64,000 bases of DNA from Gnetum montanum (lineage: Eukaryota > Plantae > Gnetophyta), in assembly GCA_015680685.1 (NCBI GenBank), contig MNCI01000415.1, positions 176,799-240,798 on the forward strand, in the 5' to 3' direction. The translations under genes and the position numbers were made by a program. Positions 24,988 through 36,399 of this stretch are shown here, in pieces. Positions within the stretch are counted from its first letter, which is position 1; each line of letters opens with the position of its first letter. The notes under the pieces are model-generated. The model searched no databases. It was not told the DNA's origin and saw only the letters and a list, made by a program, of their open reading frames with translations.

Positions 24988-27804
24988 ATGGCACCAAGAC
25001 CAAAATGCTAGTAGGAAGTAAGAATGTTCCAAATAAGGGACAAGTAGCCTAGAACTAGAAGAGTCTAGAGAGTGGAGCCATTCTAGGAGTAGGCAATTGA
25101 GACACATGTAAGGGGACCTCTTTAGGAGGACCTTGAAGTGGAAGCTATCCATTAGACTTTGAAAGATGAAAAGGAGTAGTCCCACTAGGATGAGACAACC
25201 ATAACAAGATTGAACCATGAGGTCACTTTGACAAAGGCTTGCTTGAGGCAAATCGGGTCCAAGGAGATTCAAAAAGTAGTTCTTCTGAGTCTAAACTTTG
25301 GATCTTTCTTGGACTTTATCCTAGAAGACATCAAAGCTCAACTCAAAATTTCTCCCATCTAGTGCATTCTTACTTCCAATAGGAATGGTACATGGGAGAA
25401 ACATATATCTTCTAGAATAATAGGTAGGATGATGCCACTATGAAGATTAAGGGAATTTCTATGTCCTACTTGGTGAAGGCCATTTTTGAGGTCCTTAGGT
25501 TGCTAGAAACTAGGGCAACCTTGGTAGAAATTTCAACACAAGTGGACCTAGAGGTCAAAAAGGAATGGGTTTAGTAGTGCTATAGAGTTTACTGTAAGGA
25601 GTTTGGCATACTCATGATGGTAGAGTGTGCATATTTTAAGATGGTAGCCTACCACCTTAATTTGACAGTGAGGCCCAATAAGATGACAACCTTCTTTGCC
25701 TATGCATGTACCACTCTAAGTGAGAAATTTGCTATCAACATTCCATAGCTAATCTATCCTTAGATAGAGAAATGATTCAAAGAAAATGAACATGGGAGGA
25801 AGGCATTCCCCTTTCCATGTATCATCTGAAAATTATGCAAAAGAGGAGGAATAGCTTGCTATGCTAATGGCAACATCAAATATGCTTCTATCACCTCTTG
25901 GATAGAAATGATGAAGGACAAAGTACTTGCCAAGTTGTTAGAAGAGGAGTAGCTACCACAACCACCTACTCATGAATAATCAATGCTAGAGTCCTGCACT
26001 ATCATTAAGCACATGCAAAAACTCCATGAACAACTCTTGTAGTAGCCATAGGTAGGACCAAGTGGTGGTGAACCCTTTGTCTATAGGCCAACATTGAGTA
26101 ATCTCAATGCGATGGCATGATTAGTTAGCAAAATGGAGGGTTTAGCACTAATGTTTTCTACTCAAAGAATGCAAGTGCTCACAAGATTGAATCTTAGTGC
26201 CTGAGAGGTAATGTTGTCCTTCTCTGAATAGCAACAATTCTAAAAAATATTTGGGAATGTTGCCACTTTTTTTATGTCCTTAGAGGAGGGCAAGGGGACA
26301 ACTATTATGATGATGAAACACTAAGTGTAGGAAATGGTAGCAGAGGTGGTCATTGACAGAGTGGTTGATGCACTCAATGCCCCTATGACATTTGTACCAA
26401 ATGTTATTGCACTTAAGGATGTGCAAGTGTTTGTAGGAGCAGGAAGTGAAAAATTTAGTGCATCATAGCATAAGGAGTTGCCAGACAAAGTAGTAGCAAT
26501 TAGACAACCAATTTAGGATATCTTTGATATCCCAAAAATTAATTAAGTAAACCACTTGGAGCATGAGATAGCCATAGAGTAAAATCAGTGATTGGCTACT
26601 AAGGTTGCAAAATTTGAAAGCCTGCCTTGCCAATCCCATTGTACTTAGCTAGAATGTAGTATGAGATGAAGCTTTTTAATAGCTTTAGGAAAAACTTCAG
26701 AAGGTTGAGAATGTGAAGGAGTTAGCAATCTTCAATCAATCCTTTGAAGATGCCATTGCATATAGCATTCAAAAGGACTTATTAGAGTTTCATCAAGAAA
26801 ACATCAACCTAACCTAGGAGAAACATCACCTATGAAATGTTAAGATGTAGAAGGATAAAATGGTAGACTTCATCCAATAATAGTAAGAGTAGCTTGCTAG
26901 GATGAACACTAAATTAAGTAATTTGGCTATAGAAAATCAAAATCTCTCGATGTAGGAGGTACATGTCCTTCGCCAGAAGTCTACAATAATTGCAACTTGG
27001 AAAAATGAGGCCCTCAAATTTGAAAGGATCAAGAATCATTACAGGGACTAGGTTGGCTTACAGAAGGAGATAAACAAAAAACATATCTAACTAGAGAAGG
27101 TGAAGGTAAATGAGGCCCTCTAGTAGCTTTAATAAGGAGGTGATGTATGGAAACCAATCTTTGACAAACTAAATAAGTATAACAAAGCTGAAATCTACCT
27201 CAAGGAGCTATAGATTGAGGAGATGATGGAGTACATGGAGCTTACCAACCTTTATTAATCAAACCTAACAATCTTGACTACCATAAGGTTGAGGTTAGAA
27301 TTGGAGAAACACATGGCTAGCTCATATCTTTTGTGTGAGATAAAGTTCAAGTACTACAAAGAAACAAAATAGAAGCTAGAAATAGCCAACACTAAACTTG
27401 AGGTTCTTAAGGTGAATTTTGCTAATCAAAGATCAACAACAAAGAACTTGGCCAAAAGAATGAATGACTACCAAGAGTTACAAAATGTAGTTAAGGCATT
27501 CAACATTAAATACAAATAATTCATTGCCTAGTTTGTAAATTTTAAGGAGTTGTTCCTTACAATACCTTATCCTTGGGATGTTCCCATACTAGTCCACATT
27601 AGCAATGGTACATGGATCGTGTATGATCCAAAGAGTAAGGAGGAGAAGACGAAATCATTATTAGATGATTTTCATCTTCCACTAGAAGTTGTAGCTATAG
27701 AAGAACAACCATAACCATCGCCTTAACCACAATAATTGCATGCACCAGAGGTAGGAGATGGTCCTTTAGAACTTTAGAAATCTTCACCACCTGGGACTAT
27801 TTGA
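24988..27804 (+). pseudogene. Degenerate Athila extra ('env-like'/ORF1-type) ORF with C-terminal coiled coil
   Basis: Starts MAPRPK; contains EWY...MKIKG and ...INIP.LIY..I......PFPCII.KLCKRGGI (~25735-25855), the FP-x2-I-x2-LC-x2-G motif of ATHILA ORF1/Transposase_32-like proteins. E/K/Q/L-rich heptad region at ~26650-27550. Confidence 0.72.
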
Positions 27805-27844
27805 TTTTCTTCTTATCTTCAAACCACATTTATGGCATCCATTG

Positions 27845-28538
27845 TTTAGTATCCTAGTGAAGCTCTTTTATTTTGTTTGTTTAAAAGTTAGAATATTTTC
27901 TATGTACCCCCAATAAGAGTGAGAAGTGTATAGATCTTTATTCAAACATTGATGTATCTAAACACCTTGGTGTGAACAACAATAAAGATGAGCTTTCTTC
28001 ATAAACCTTATAGCACTTGGAATTAGTTTAATGTTTAATTAATGGATTTATTATTGGAGTAATTTACTTTAATGAATTTAATTAATTAATTAATTAGTGA
28101 TTAATTAATACACATAAGTATGACCATTTCAAGCATACATTAACGTTTGGTAATCCTAGTAGCACTTAACACTTGGTGACCTAGTAAGGTTGCAATGTGG
28201 TTCAGGATGTGTACGGTAAATAGGAATGGATGCTTATGTTAGGAATAGTTAAGATATTAGTTAGTTATTTGATTAATTAAAAATTTAATTACATTATTTC
28301 TATCACTTAGGTGATTTAAATAATACATATAAAATGATAAAAATAATATACCTTAGCTACACTTAACCATGCACTTGGACTTCACAAGTGAAATTGAGAA
28401 GATAATGATCACATCTATTAAATTCACTACATAGGAAAAGTGTACTTAGAGAGCTAAAGTCTACAAAATTCAACCAGATCGCTTAGTGAATGCTAGTGAT
28501 TCATATGGTTGGATGTAGGGGGTACCTGCTGCTCATCA
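27845..28538 (+). repeat. 3' LTR of element 2 (5' end and PPT not recognisable)
   Basis: Aligns to 15141-15794 from 27888; AATAAA at 27981; ends CATCA. Confidence 0.88.
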
Positions 28539-28738
28539 TCCACCTTTAGACTATGCTAGGAATGGTCAAGACTACACTGGCTAGTGTATTTGGGAGAGGA
28601 TGAATCATGAAAAACCTAATATAACCTTCAAGTTGTTACATTCTGATCCTAAAACTCCTTTGGAACCTCTAGTGACTTGCATTAACAAACTATGATACAA
28701 AAGAAGGTCAAATCCCATTTTCACCTTAGGACTANNNN

Positions 28739-30164
28739 AATAAAGCATAAATAAAGTTATATTTGTAAAGCATAAACAGAACTAAACAATGTAAATGGGA
28801 GGCAATAATGAAACTATATTGTATTGTTCAAACAGGAATATGCACTGGTCAAAGCGTAGTTGCACACGTGTTGATGGCAAGTCAAACACCTAGCCCCGGA
28901 ATGATATGACACGATGATGTGATGATGAAATGGGATGAACGTGAGAAAAACTTGGAAGCCAACAATCAGATGTGCCAAGCGCCCAAGGATTGCAAGTTCT
29001 GTACTTTTTCAGAATTGCCAATCTCTCTAATTTTTGCCTCCCTCCATCTTCTTCTTTTTGCCTCCTCCAGTTTGTGTGAATTGATAGGGTATTTATAGGG
29101 TTGGGCTAGGCTTGGGCTAGGGTTTTCAAGAATGGAATCAATGGTTGGGAGATGAGAGGAAAATAGATCTAGTGACATGTGTCCCATGAATAGTTGGCAC
29201 AAGTTGGATGTGTGCTGGATAGTTGTGCATGAGTTGGATGTGTGCTAGATATTTTCCCTCTTTGACTAGATTCAATGTATTTTATAATTTTTGGGTCATT
29301 CAAGCCCATAAAAATACAAACAAATTAGAAAAAAAAAGCCCTCCAGCGATAAAAATTTAAAGAAAGATGAGGAGGATTGGCTCCAGCCCTGGCCCGCTTG
29401 AAAAGTTATATCTATATATTTTTTTGCTAAATATTTGGCCTGATTTTGCATGGGCTTTCATATCCCTTTGCCATTTTACAGATTTCTTGAAAATTAAAAT
29501 CGAGAAGGATTAACACCGCCTCGCTTGTCTAGCATCCAGCGTGACTTGCAATGTGACCTCCAAAACTTGCAATTTTGGGCTGAAATCTGGAATTTCTGAA
29601 GGCTGGGACCCATAGTTATCAATAGTGGACCTTGAGGATGACTTACACCCTTAAAATCAAGTCATTTTGGCTCAGTTTTGAGGCTCTAAAAATTGGTGAC
29701 GCTGATCCTTACGCTGTGCAACGTCTGAAAAAGTAACCCCAGCGTCACCAAGTCAAAATGGCCCATTTGAGGCCCAAATCTTGATTTTTTGAAGGCTGGG
29801 AGCTGCTGGGGACCTAGGTGAAGGTCATGGGGGATCCTTGTGCTCAATTTCGGCCTGTTTTGACTCAATTTCGAGGCTCCAAAAGTTGGTGACGCTGATC
29901 CTTACGCTCTGCAGCATCTGAAAAAGTAACCAAAGTGTACTTAGCCAAAAACAAACATTTTGAACCCAAAACTTTTGATTCTAGATGCTAGAAGTTGGGG
30001 CAATTGCTTGTGGGCCCCAGGGGGACCTTGCTTGTTGAATCATGGGCCATCGGGGGCTATTTCGGAGGCCTCCAAGTTTGGTCACGTTGTACTCATGTTG
30101 GGCAGTAGCATGACTTAGCTTGATTCTTGTCTAAAAATGCTAGGCCAAAATTAGTGGTGTTTCA
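28739..30164 (-). mobile_element. Younger LTR (fragment next to a gap) of a different family, inserted in the copy-A array
   Basis: On the minus strand it starts TGAAACACCACTAATTTTGG at 30164, with TATAAATA at 29097-29090. The right flank tagtc resumes the host palindrome begun by ggacta before the gap. CpG is retained. Confidence 0.65.
29560..30110. repeat. ~193-bp tandem repeat (about 3 copies) upstream of the TATA box in this LTR
   Basis: aggctc.aaaa.ttggtgacgctgatccttacgct.tgca.c.tctgaaaaagtaacc at 29681 and 29874, with a degenerate copy at ~30066. Confidence 0.85.
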
Positions 30165-31024
30165 TAGTCCCACTTCAAAAATAGCAACATAGATCACCAA
30201 CATGCCAAATTAACTTTTAGAAGCATCATGTCAACCCCAAAAGCCTACCAGAGACTTCAAGAGCTACTAAACCTTATAATCTCACTTGGAAATGGCAAAA
30301 ACTCATCATACATCCTACATCTACACTAATACTATGCTAGCCAGCATAGTCTAGTGGTGTATGACCAATTTTGACATCCAAATAGCCATCAAAACTTTCC
30401 ATCTTAGGCTTGAAACCATAGTTTCAAACATCAGTGATCTAAATACCCAAAAACCTAGTCGATTGAGCATGATATTTTACCAAAATTTGAATTTCATCTT
30501 ATGACTATGTTGGAGGAGGCCTAGACTATGTTGGAAAATGTAGTCTCTAGTATAGTCATGATTTTAGGTTGATTTGACTAGTGATTTGACATCCCAAACA
30601 ACCTAGAACCTTGTCCAGCCTTAACAAGTTGCAAATTCATCCCATTTTGACCTTGGAAATGTTAGATTCCATGCATATACACTGAGGTAGGCATGGGACT
30701 ACATTGGCTAGTGTAGTCCTAGTATAGTCCATGCCCCAAGATGGTTTAGCTAACACAACAACACCTAGAATGACCAAAAACTTGATTCTAGAAGTCTACA
30801 ACTTGGAAACCTTGAAGATAGTCATAGTTTGACAATGGAAAGCCCAAAATTTATCCCAACTACATTGAGATAGGCTAGGACTATATTGGCCAATGTAGTC
30901 CCAATGTAGTCATGGTGTTGGGCAAGTTTGACTAGTGTCACAACACTTCGAATGATCCAAAAACTAGCTTGAAAGCCTAGAACCTCACTTGACCCTACCT
31001 AGCTAGAGCTCCATCCTATTTTAA

Positions 31025-31330
31025 CTATGAAAACACTAGATTTAGTGGCTTGAGAACCTAGTCAAAATACTTGACCTTGACATTGGAAACATTATTAAAG
31101 ACTCTATGGTTGCGGTTCTTGTTATGACACACAGTGGTGAGGAGAAAACACTAAAATTAAGTTCTCACTGGAACCTCAATAGGCTCAAGACATTACTAAG
31201 TTTCTCTAGGATAACATTAAGAATTTTTCTTGGTCATATGAAGATATGCTAGGTTTTGATCCATGTGTAGTGTAATATAAAATCATAACTTGCTCCTAGT
31301 ATCAAGCCAATTAAGTAAAAAAGTTCCCAT
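31025..31330 (+). pseudogene. Pol N-terminal fragment of copy A
   Basis: SGEEKTLKLSS...AQDITK.L.DNI..FSWSYEDMLG matches 60240-60365. Confidence 0.85.
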
Positions 31331-31479
31331 CTAGACCACAAAGATAAGAAGAAAACACATTGAACCAAATTCCTTGTTAGTATTTAAACCTACTCAAGAC
31401 AATGTCAAACCATTATTATGCAACATCAAAGCCATCACATAGTCCTAATTACATTGAACACTCACATGTTTTCTTATAG

Positions 31480-33949
31480 TGTAGTTTGTTATTATTGACA
31501 GGTTGGGAGGAATGATCGATGTTGATGGCTTTGATGGTGTAGAAAAAGCGAGCTAGCATTCTTTTCTCTATCTCTTTTTGGATAGAAATTTGATTGAAAA
31601 ACTTTGTAACAATTGTAATTCAAGATGTATATCCATTTTGGGTGTAACAATTGTGACCTTCAGTGGCCTAGTTTTCTAATTCTTTCAAGCAGTCCTATGT
31701 GTTATATTATGACAACATGTTTTCTTTGTCTTGTTTTGTTGTTCTCTTGGAGTTGTGCTTGTAGGATGAAGCCTAGAGTCATGACAAAGGTGCAACTTAT
31801 TATAGCAGCAAGTCACCATGTGACCTCAGCATGCAAGATTTGATGAGTTTTTCCTACCATGCCAAGACTGCTTATTCCACTTCATGCCTATCACATCTCC
31901 ATGAGCCCAATCCCATAGCTTGACTATGACCTTTCCTCACCCTAAATGACAATGGTAACCTATGTTTGATACTCATGCATTATGGCCATTTGATATCAAC
32001 TTCATCATGCTTCACCATCAAGTCCATTAAATGTAACACATCTCATCAAATGGACAAACCAAATCAAATTTGGACTTGACAATGAAACCCAATGAAAGAT
32101 TCACTCCAAAAGAAAAAAGATAAAAATATGAAAGAAAATTACCAAGAAGCCAAATGGCCAATGAGAACCAAAAGATAAACCAATGGCTCTAAACATGCAA
32201 AGGGAGGAGCCTAATGGCCAAAGAGACATTGGAGTGAGATTTTGGTTCTTCAAAAACATTGCCGAGTAATCAACACTTCAAAGTATAGAGTGTAAAGATC
32301 TTATTGATTATCCAACATATCATTGCCATAACAGTAGCCATGATGTCAACCTAAGGAACTCATTATTAACCATCATGACCATTTTCTGATGATCAAATGT
32401 AGCTAGCAACTTTTGTCACCTCTTCATAACCTTATCCCATTATCACAAAGCATTCTTTGGCATGATTTGATGTTTGGCATGATAGGACTATAGTGGTATT
32501 TTTGTATTCTTTGTTGATGTCTCTCAAGTCAATCCTCCAAACATCAACAAAGATAGTCCAATCAAACATCACCTAGAAAATACATGTTGTAACTTGTAAC
32601 TTTCACCATCCAACCTAAGGCAAGATCTTATTATAAATGCAAAGTTAATAGCCCATGAGCTACAATCTTGCATACTTTAACTTGTTGGAGCTAAAAAATG
32701 TGTCATAATTTGCTATTGCCTTACTTCCAAAGTAGAAAAAGTAATGTCATGTGCATATATGGGCTTGGAAAGGCTAAAAATGCCTTGGAGACTACCAAAT
32801 TTGGCATTTTCATGGGTTTTTGGGGGCAAAGCCTTAACTATGCTAAAACCACCTACCCCTAACATAACTATACACATTTGACATTAGGGTTGTTGGATTT
32901 TCAATTTTCCCAACAATGGTTAGCATAGTCATGGAAATTTTCCAATGGTGGTAGCATGGCTAGAGTAGTCATCATGGATTTCCAGCAGCTATAGTATGGC
33001 TAGCATAGTCACCATGATTTCAGAATATTCCAAAAAATGCCAGTGTAGTCCTCCAAGGCCAACATAGTTGAGGTGAAGGCCAGTGTAGTAACAAAAGTCC
33101 ATTTACTATTTTTACTATGTAGATGGGTTTTAATGACCTTAATGTATCAAAATTTTCCATAAATGATCAACTACATGAGAATCATAGTAGTTAAGCTTGC
33201 AAATAAACACCAATTTGTCAATAATCATGGAAGAAATTTGTAGTCTTAAATGAAAAACCAAAAGCTTATAAAAGATAAACTTGAACATAATATTTAGGTT
33301 TCAAAAACATTTTTGACTCCAAAAATATTTTTTTTCTTTCTGAACATTTTTGCAACTGAATAACTTAGCAACCTTTGCAACCTCAAGCATTTTACATCCA
33401 TTTTTAGCATTTGAAAGACTTTTGTAAGTAATTGGTATCTACTTTAGCATCAAGACTCTCAACATAGTCCCATTGATACCGAAGTCAAACATCATTATTC
33501 ACATCATTTCCACTTGAAGTTGCAAATCCAAGAAAAAATCAATAAGAGTCTTTCGATGATTGAAGTTGGGAAGTACCTGGATCATGGGGTTCAACTGAAG
33601 AACATAACTTGCTAGCTCTAATAAGCTTCAAGCTCCATAAAAGCTAACTTGTGAATTTGAGCATACAATATATACTCCTTGAACTTTACACTTTCATTCA
33701 ATAAAGTTTTTGGTTCATTTGTAGTGTAGATTTAGTTTCAAGTTTAATTTTGTGTTTATTTATCTTTATTCAAATATACAACTTTATTCCTATCTCCATT
33801 CTCATTTACATTTTCTAAGTTCCTAGGTGATCGACCAAACCATCTAGGGTACCATAGATCCTATTTTTTGGAGGTCTTTGGGATCCAAGATTAGGCTATT
33901 TCACTTGGGATTTTTAATTTTCCAAAGATCGAATTTTCTAGGCACTACA
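31480..33949 (+). mobile_element. Solo LTR (2470 bp) of the Tat-lineage family
   Basis: Inverted termini TGTAGT...ACTACA; TSD tatag (31475-31479) / catag (33950-33954). 32565-33949 is homologous to LTR 44490-45984. TATAAAAG at 33267 and AATAAA at 33700. Confidence 0.88.
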
Positions 33950-33954
33950 CATAG

Positions 33955-36140
33955 TTCTTCATTAAAGAAGGTAACTTGCTAAACACATCTAGCATCACAC
34001 TTAGGGATATGGTTATAATGGCATTAGCTAAGGTATTCTCAATTTAGAGTATATGTTGAATGTCAACATCTATAAATTGTTGCATTAGTTTCTTAGCTAG
34101 GTCATAGTATGATTGTAAATGTTTAGCTTTCCATGAAGAAACCTTAGTTACTTGGTTAACCACAAGTTGCAAATCACATTTTGTCATCAAACATTTGCTT
34201 ACTTGGCTACGAGGTATCATCATTCCTCTAATTAATGCTTCATACTCCATCACTTTGTTGGTACATGAAAACTAAAAATGGTAAGTGAAAATTCTTATTA
34301 GAGTAGAAGATGATGTTAAGGTGACAAGAACAATAGCCCCATGGGTAGTTAAAGCTCCATCAAAATGCATGATGGCCTTGTAACCCTTGGGGTACCTTGT
34401 TAACAATGCTGACATGCTCATCAGGGAATTCAAGGTCTATGGCTGCATTATCTTCAATTGGGGAAAATGTGAGTTTTGCAACTATATGTTGATCTTTGGT
34501 TGAGGCTTGGGAGATGTAATGCAAGTCAAATTTAGCTATTATGGCTTTCCACCTAGCTATTTGGCTACTTTCATAGATTTTGATCATTATGGTTCTTAAT
34601 ACGTTGTCTTTGCATACAATGTTGACTTGACTCCTAAAGAGGTAGTGTCTCCACTTCTTCAAAGAGAAGACCAAGGCTAGATAATACTTCTTAACCTCTA
34701 TGTATTGGGTCTCATAGACTATTAATGCATGACTCAAATAGTATATAGGTAGCTTCATCATCTCATTTTTGATAGAGTAGAAAGGCTATGGATGTGTTAG
34801 AGATTGCAAGGTAGATGTAAAAGGATCTATCCTTTTGTGGTAGATACACCATGGATAGTTTAGCCAACTCTTGCTTAATGTTATCAAAGGCTTCTTGACA
34901 TTGGGTATTCCACTCATAGTGAACTCCTTTCTTAAGAAAATGTTTCTTGGATTGTAGCTTATCCATAATCCTTGAGATGAACCTATAGATAAATTGCACA
35001 CTAACTTGTAATCCTTGGAGTTCCTTAAGGTTAGTAGGTATTGCCAAACTGGTTATGGCCATAACCTTATTTGGATCAACATTTATTCCTTCTATAGATA
35101 CTACAAAGTGAAGCATCTTGATAGTTTTAATGTTAAAGACATACTTCTTAGGATTGAGTCTAAATTTGTATTTGAGACATTGTTTAAGTACTAAGTCAAG
35201 GACATGTGCATGGGTATTGCCCACTTTGGATTTGGCTACTATGTCATCAATGTGATCATTAAGTAATCCTAGCATGTAGTCACTAAATATGTAATTCATA
35301 GCTCATTGATAGGCTACACTAGTATTTTTTTAGACCAAATGACATCATAATATAATAAAATGTTCTCCAAGGAGTCATGAAGGTCATGTAAAGTTGATTC
35401 TTTGGGTTGATCTTGACTTGCTTGTATTCTGAGAACCCATTCATGAAGGACAATAAGACATGTCTAATTGTACTATTGATGACTTGGTCAATGCTAGACC
35501 AAGGAAAACCATCTTTCATAGTTTCCTTATTTAGATCTCAGAAATTGATGTAAATATGTATACTCCCATTTTCCTTAGGGATCATTACTATGTTGGATAC
35601 CTAATTAGCGTAATCAATAACTTAGATGAAAGTAGCTTAGTAAAGTGCCAAGGCTAGATCTAGTCCAGTTTTGCAAATTTCTTGCTTAACTAGTTTAATA
35701 CTAGGATCAATTATAATGTTGTGTTGAACTAGGCTTGGATTGAGACCTAGAATATCTTCATACAACCAAGAACATGCCTTAATCCTTTTTTGAAGGACCT
35801 TGGTGATGTCCTGAGCCTACCATGGTCTAAGTGAGGAACTTAATTTTAGTGTTTCTCCTCATTGTTATGCATTGTAACTAGAGCCTTAGCTAGAGAGTCT
35901 TAAGTAATTTCACTAGCCTTGAGATCAAGGATTTTAACTTTATGTTAAGGTTGTTCAAGAAGCTTTTCTATAGAAGATATGTGGTTGAACATGCTCTTAG
36001 GCTTAAGATCTAGGTAACTAAGATTAATGGACCACTCAACATAACCATAAGGTCCACTCAGGCTCATAGGTAAGCTAAATTACACCCTGGTTTCCATACA
36101 TCAATCTTGCACATCAACCATAAGCACATTAAGTGGCACT
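33955..36140 (-). pseudogene. Degenerate pol of copy B: RT, RNase H and archaeal-type RNase H (aRH)
   Basis: ORF-track fragments: LSFMNGFSEYKQV, MSFGLK, HIDDIVAKS, LNPKKYVF; PIYYLSHAL..YETQY.EVKK..LALVFSLKKWRHYL; FDG..., CTN..MEYEALIRG...DLQLVVNQV (aRH). Confidence 0.93.
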
Positions 36141-36399
36141 TATGTGATAAAATTATTAAATGATATAAAATAATGTAAAGATAGAACAAAATAAGGTTAA
36201 GTAAGGTTTAAACATAGTGAAACAAGGCTAAAAAAGCATGGTAGGTTAGTATATGGTTAAACATGGTCACATGTCACCAGTTTTAGGCCTTAGTAGGCAA
36301 TGGTGGAAGGCCTACTTTACTAGGTAGGATCATTACAGTGCTTGTGATAATCTCTGGGATTAAGAATTAGCTAGACTAAACTATGTTTCACTTGCTCAA

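Larger units (their letters stand above)
14999..28538 (+). mobile_element. Near full-length Athila-type Ty3/gypsy element (element 2, 13.5 kb) with an extra 3' ORF
   Basis: TGATG...CATCA termini and a decayed 5-bp TSD cccat (14994-14998) / tccac (28539-28543), differing by two transitions. The host array continues on both sides. Order is gag-PR-RT-RH-INT, long 3' noncoding region, extra ORF. Confidence 0.92.
14430..30990. repeat. Palindrome array of copy A (~185 bp period; GACTA(C/T)GCTGGCCAGC(G/A)TAGTC type), split by two insertions; actual parts 14430-14998, 28544-28734 and 30165-30990
   Basis: Units start at 14646, 14842, 28570, ~30330, ~30523, ~30698 and ~30879. The period is preserved once the Athila insertion is removed. 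Confidence 0.85.
7850..31330 (+). mobile_element. Tat-lineage Ty3/gypsy element, copy A (no LTRs seen; interrupted by 14999-28538 and 28739-30164; truncated early in RT)
   Basis: gag-protease 8440-11950 is colinear with 46829-50401. Spacer remnants and the palindrome array lie at 11951-14998, 28544-28734 and 30170-30990. The pol start at ~31025-31330 matches ~60140-60430. The left boundary is approximate. Confidence 0.8.

Noticed and set aside
24988-27804. True retroviral envelope gene
   Set aside because: No signal peptide, fusion peptide or clear transmembrane segment is visible; the motifs fit ATHILA-ORF1-like plus coiled coil.
31480-33949. LTR as the 3' LTR of copy A
   Set aside because: It has its own TSD (tatag/catag), no PPT, and interrupts copy-B pol, so it is a solo LTR.
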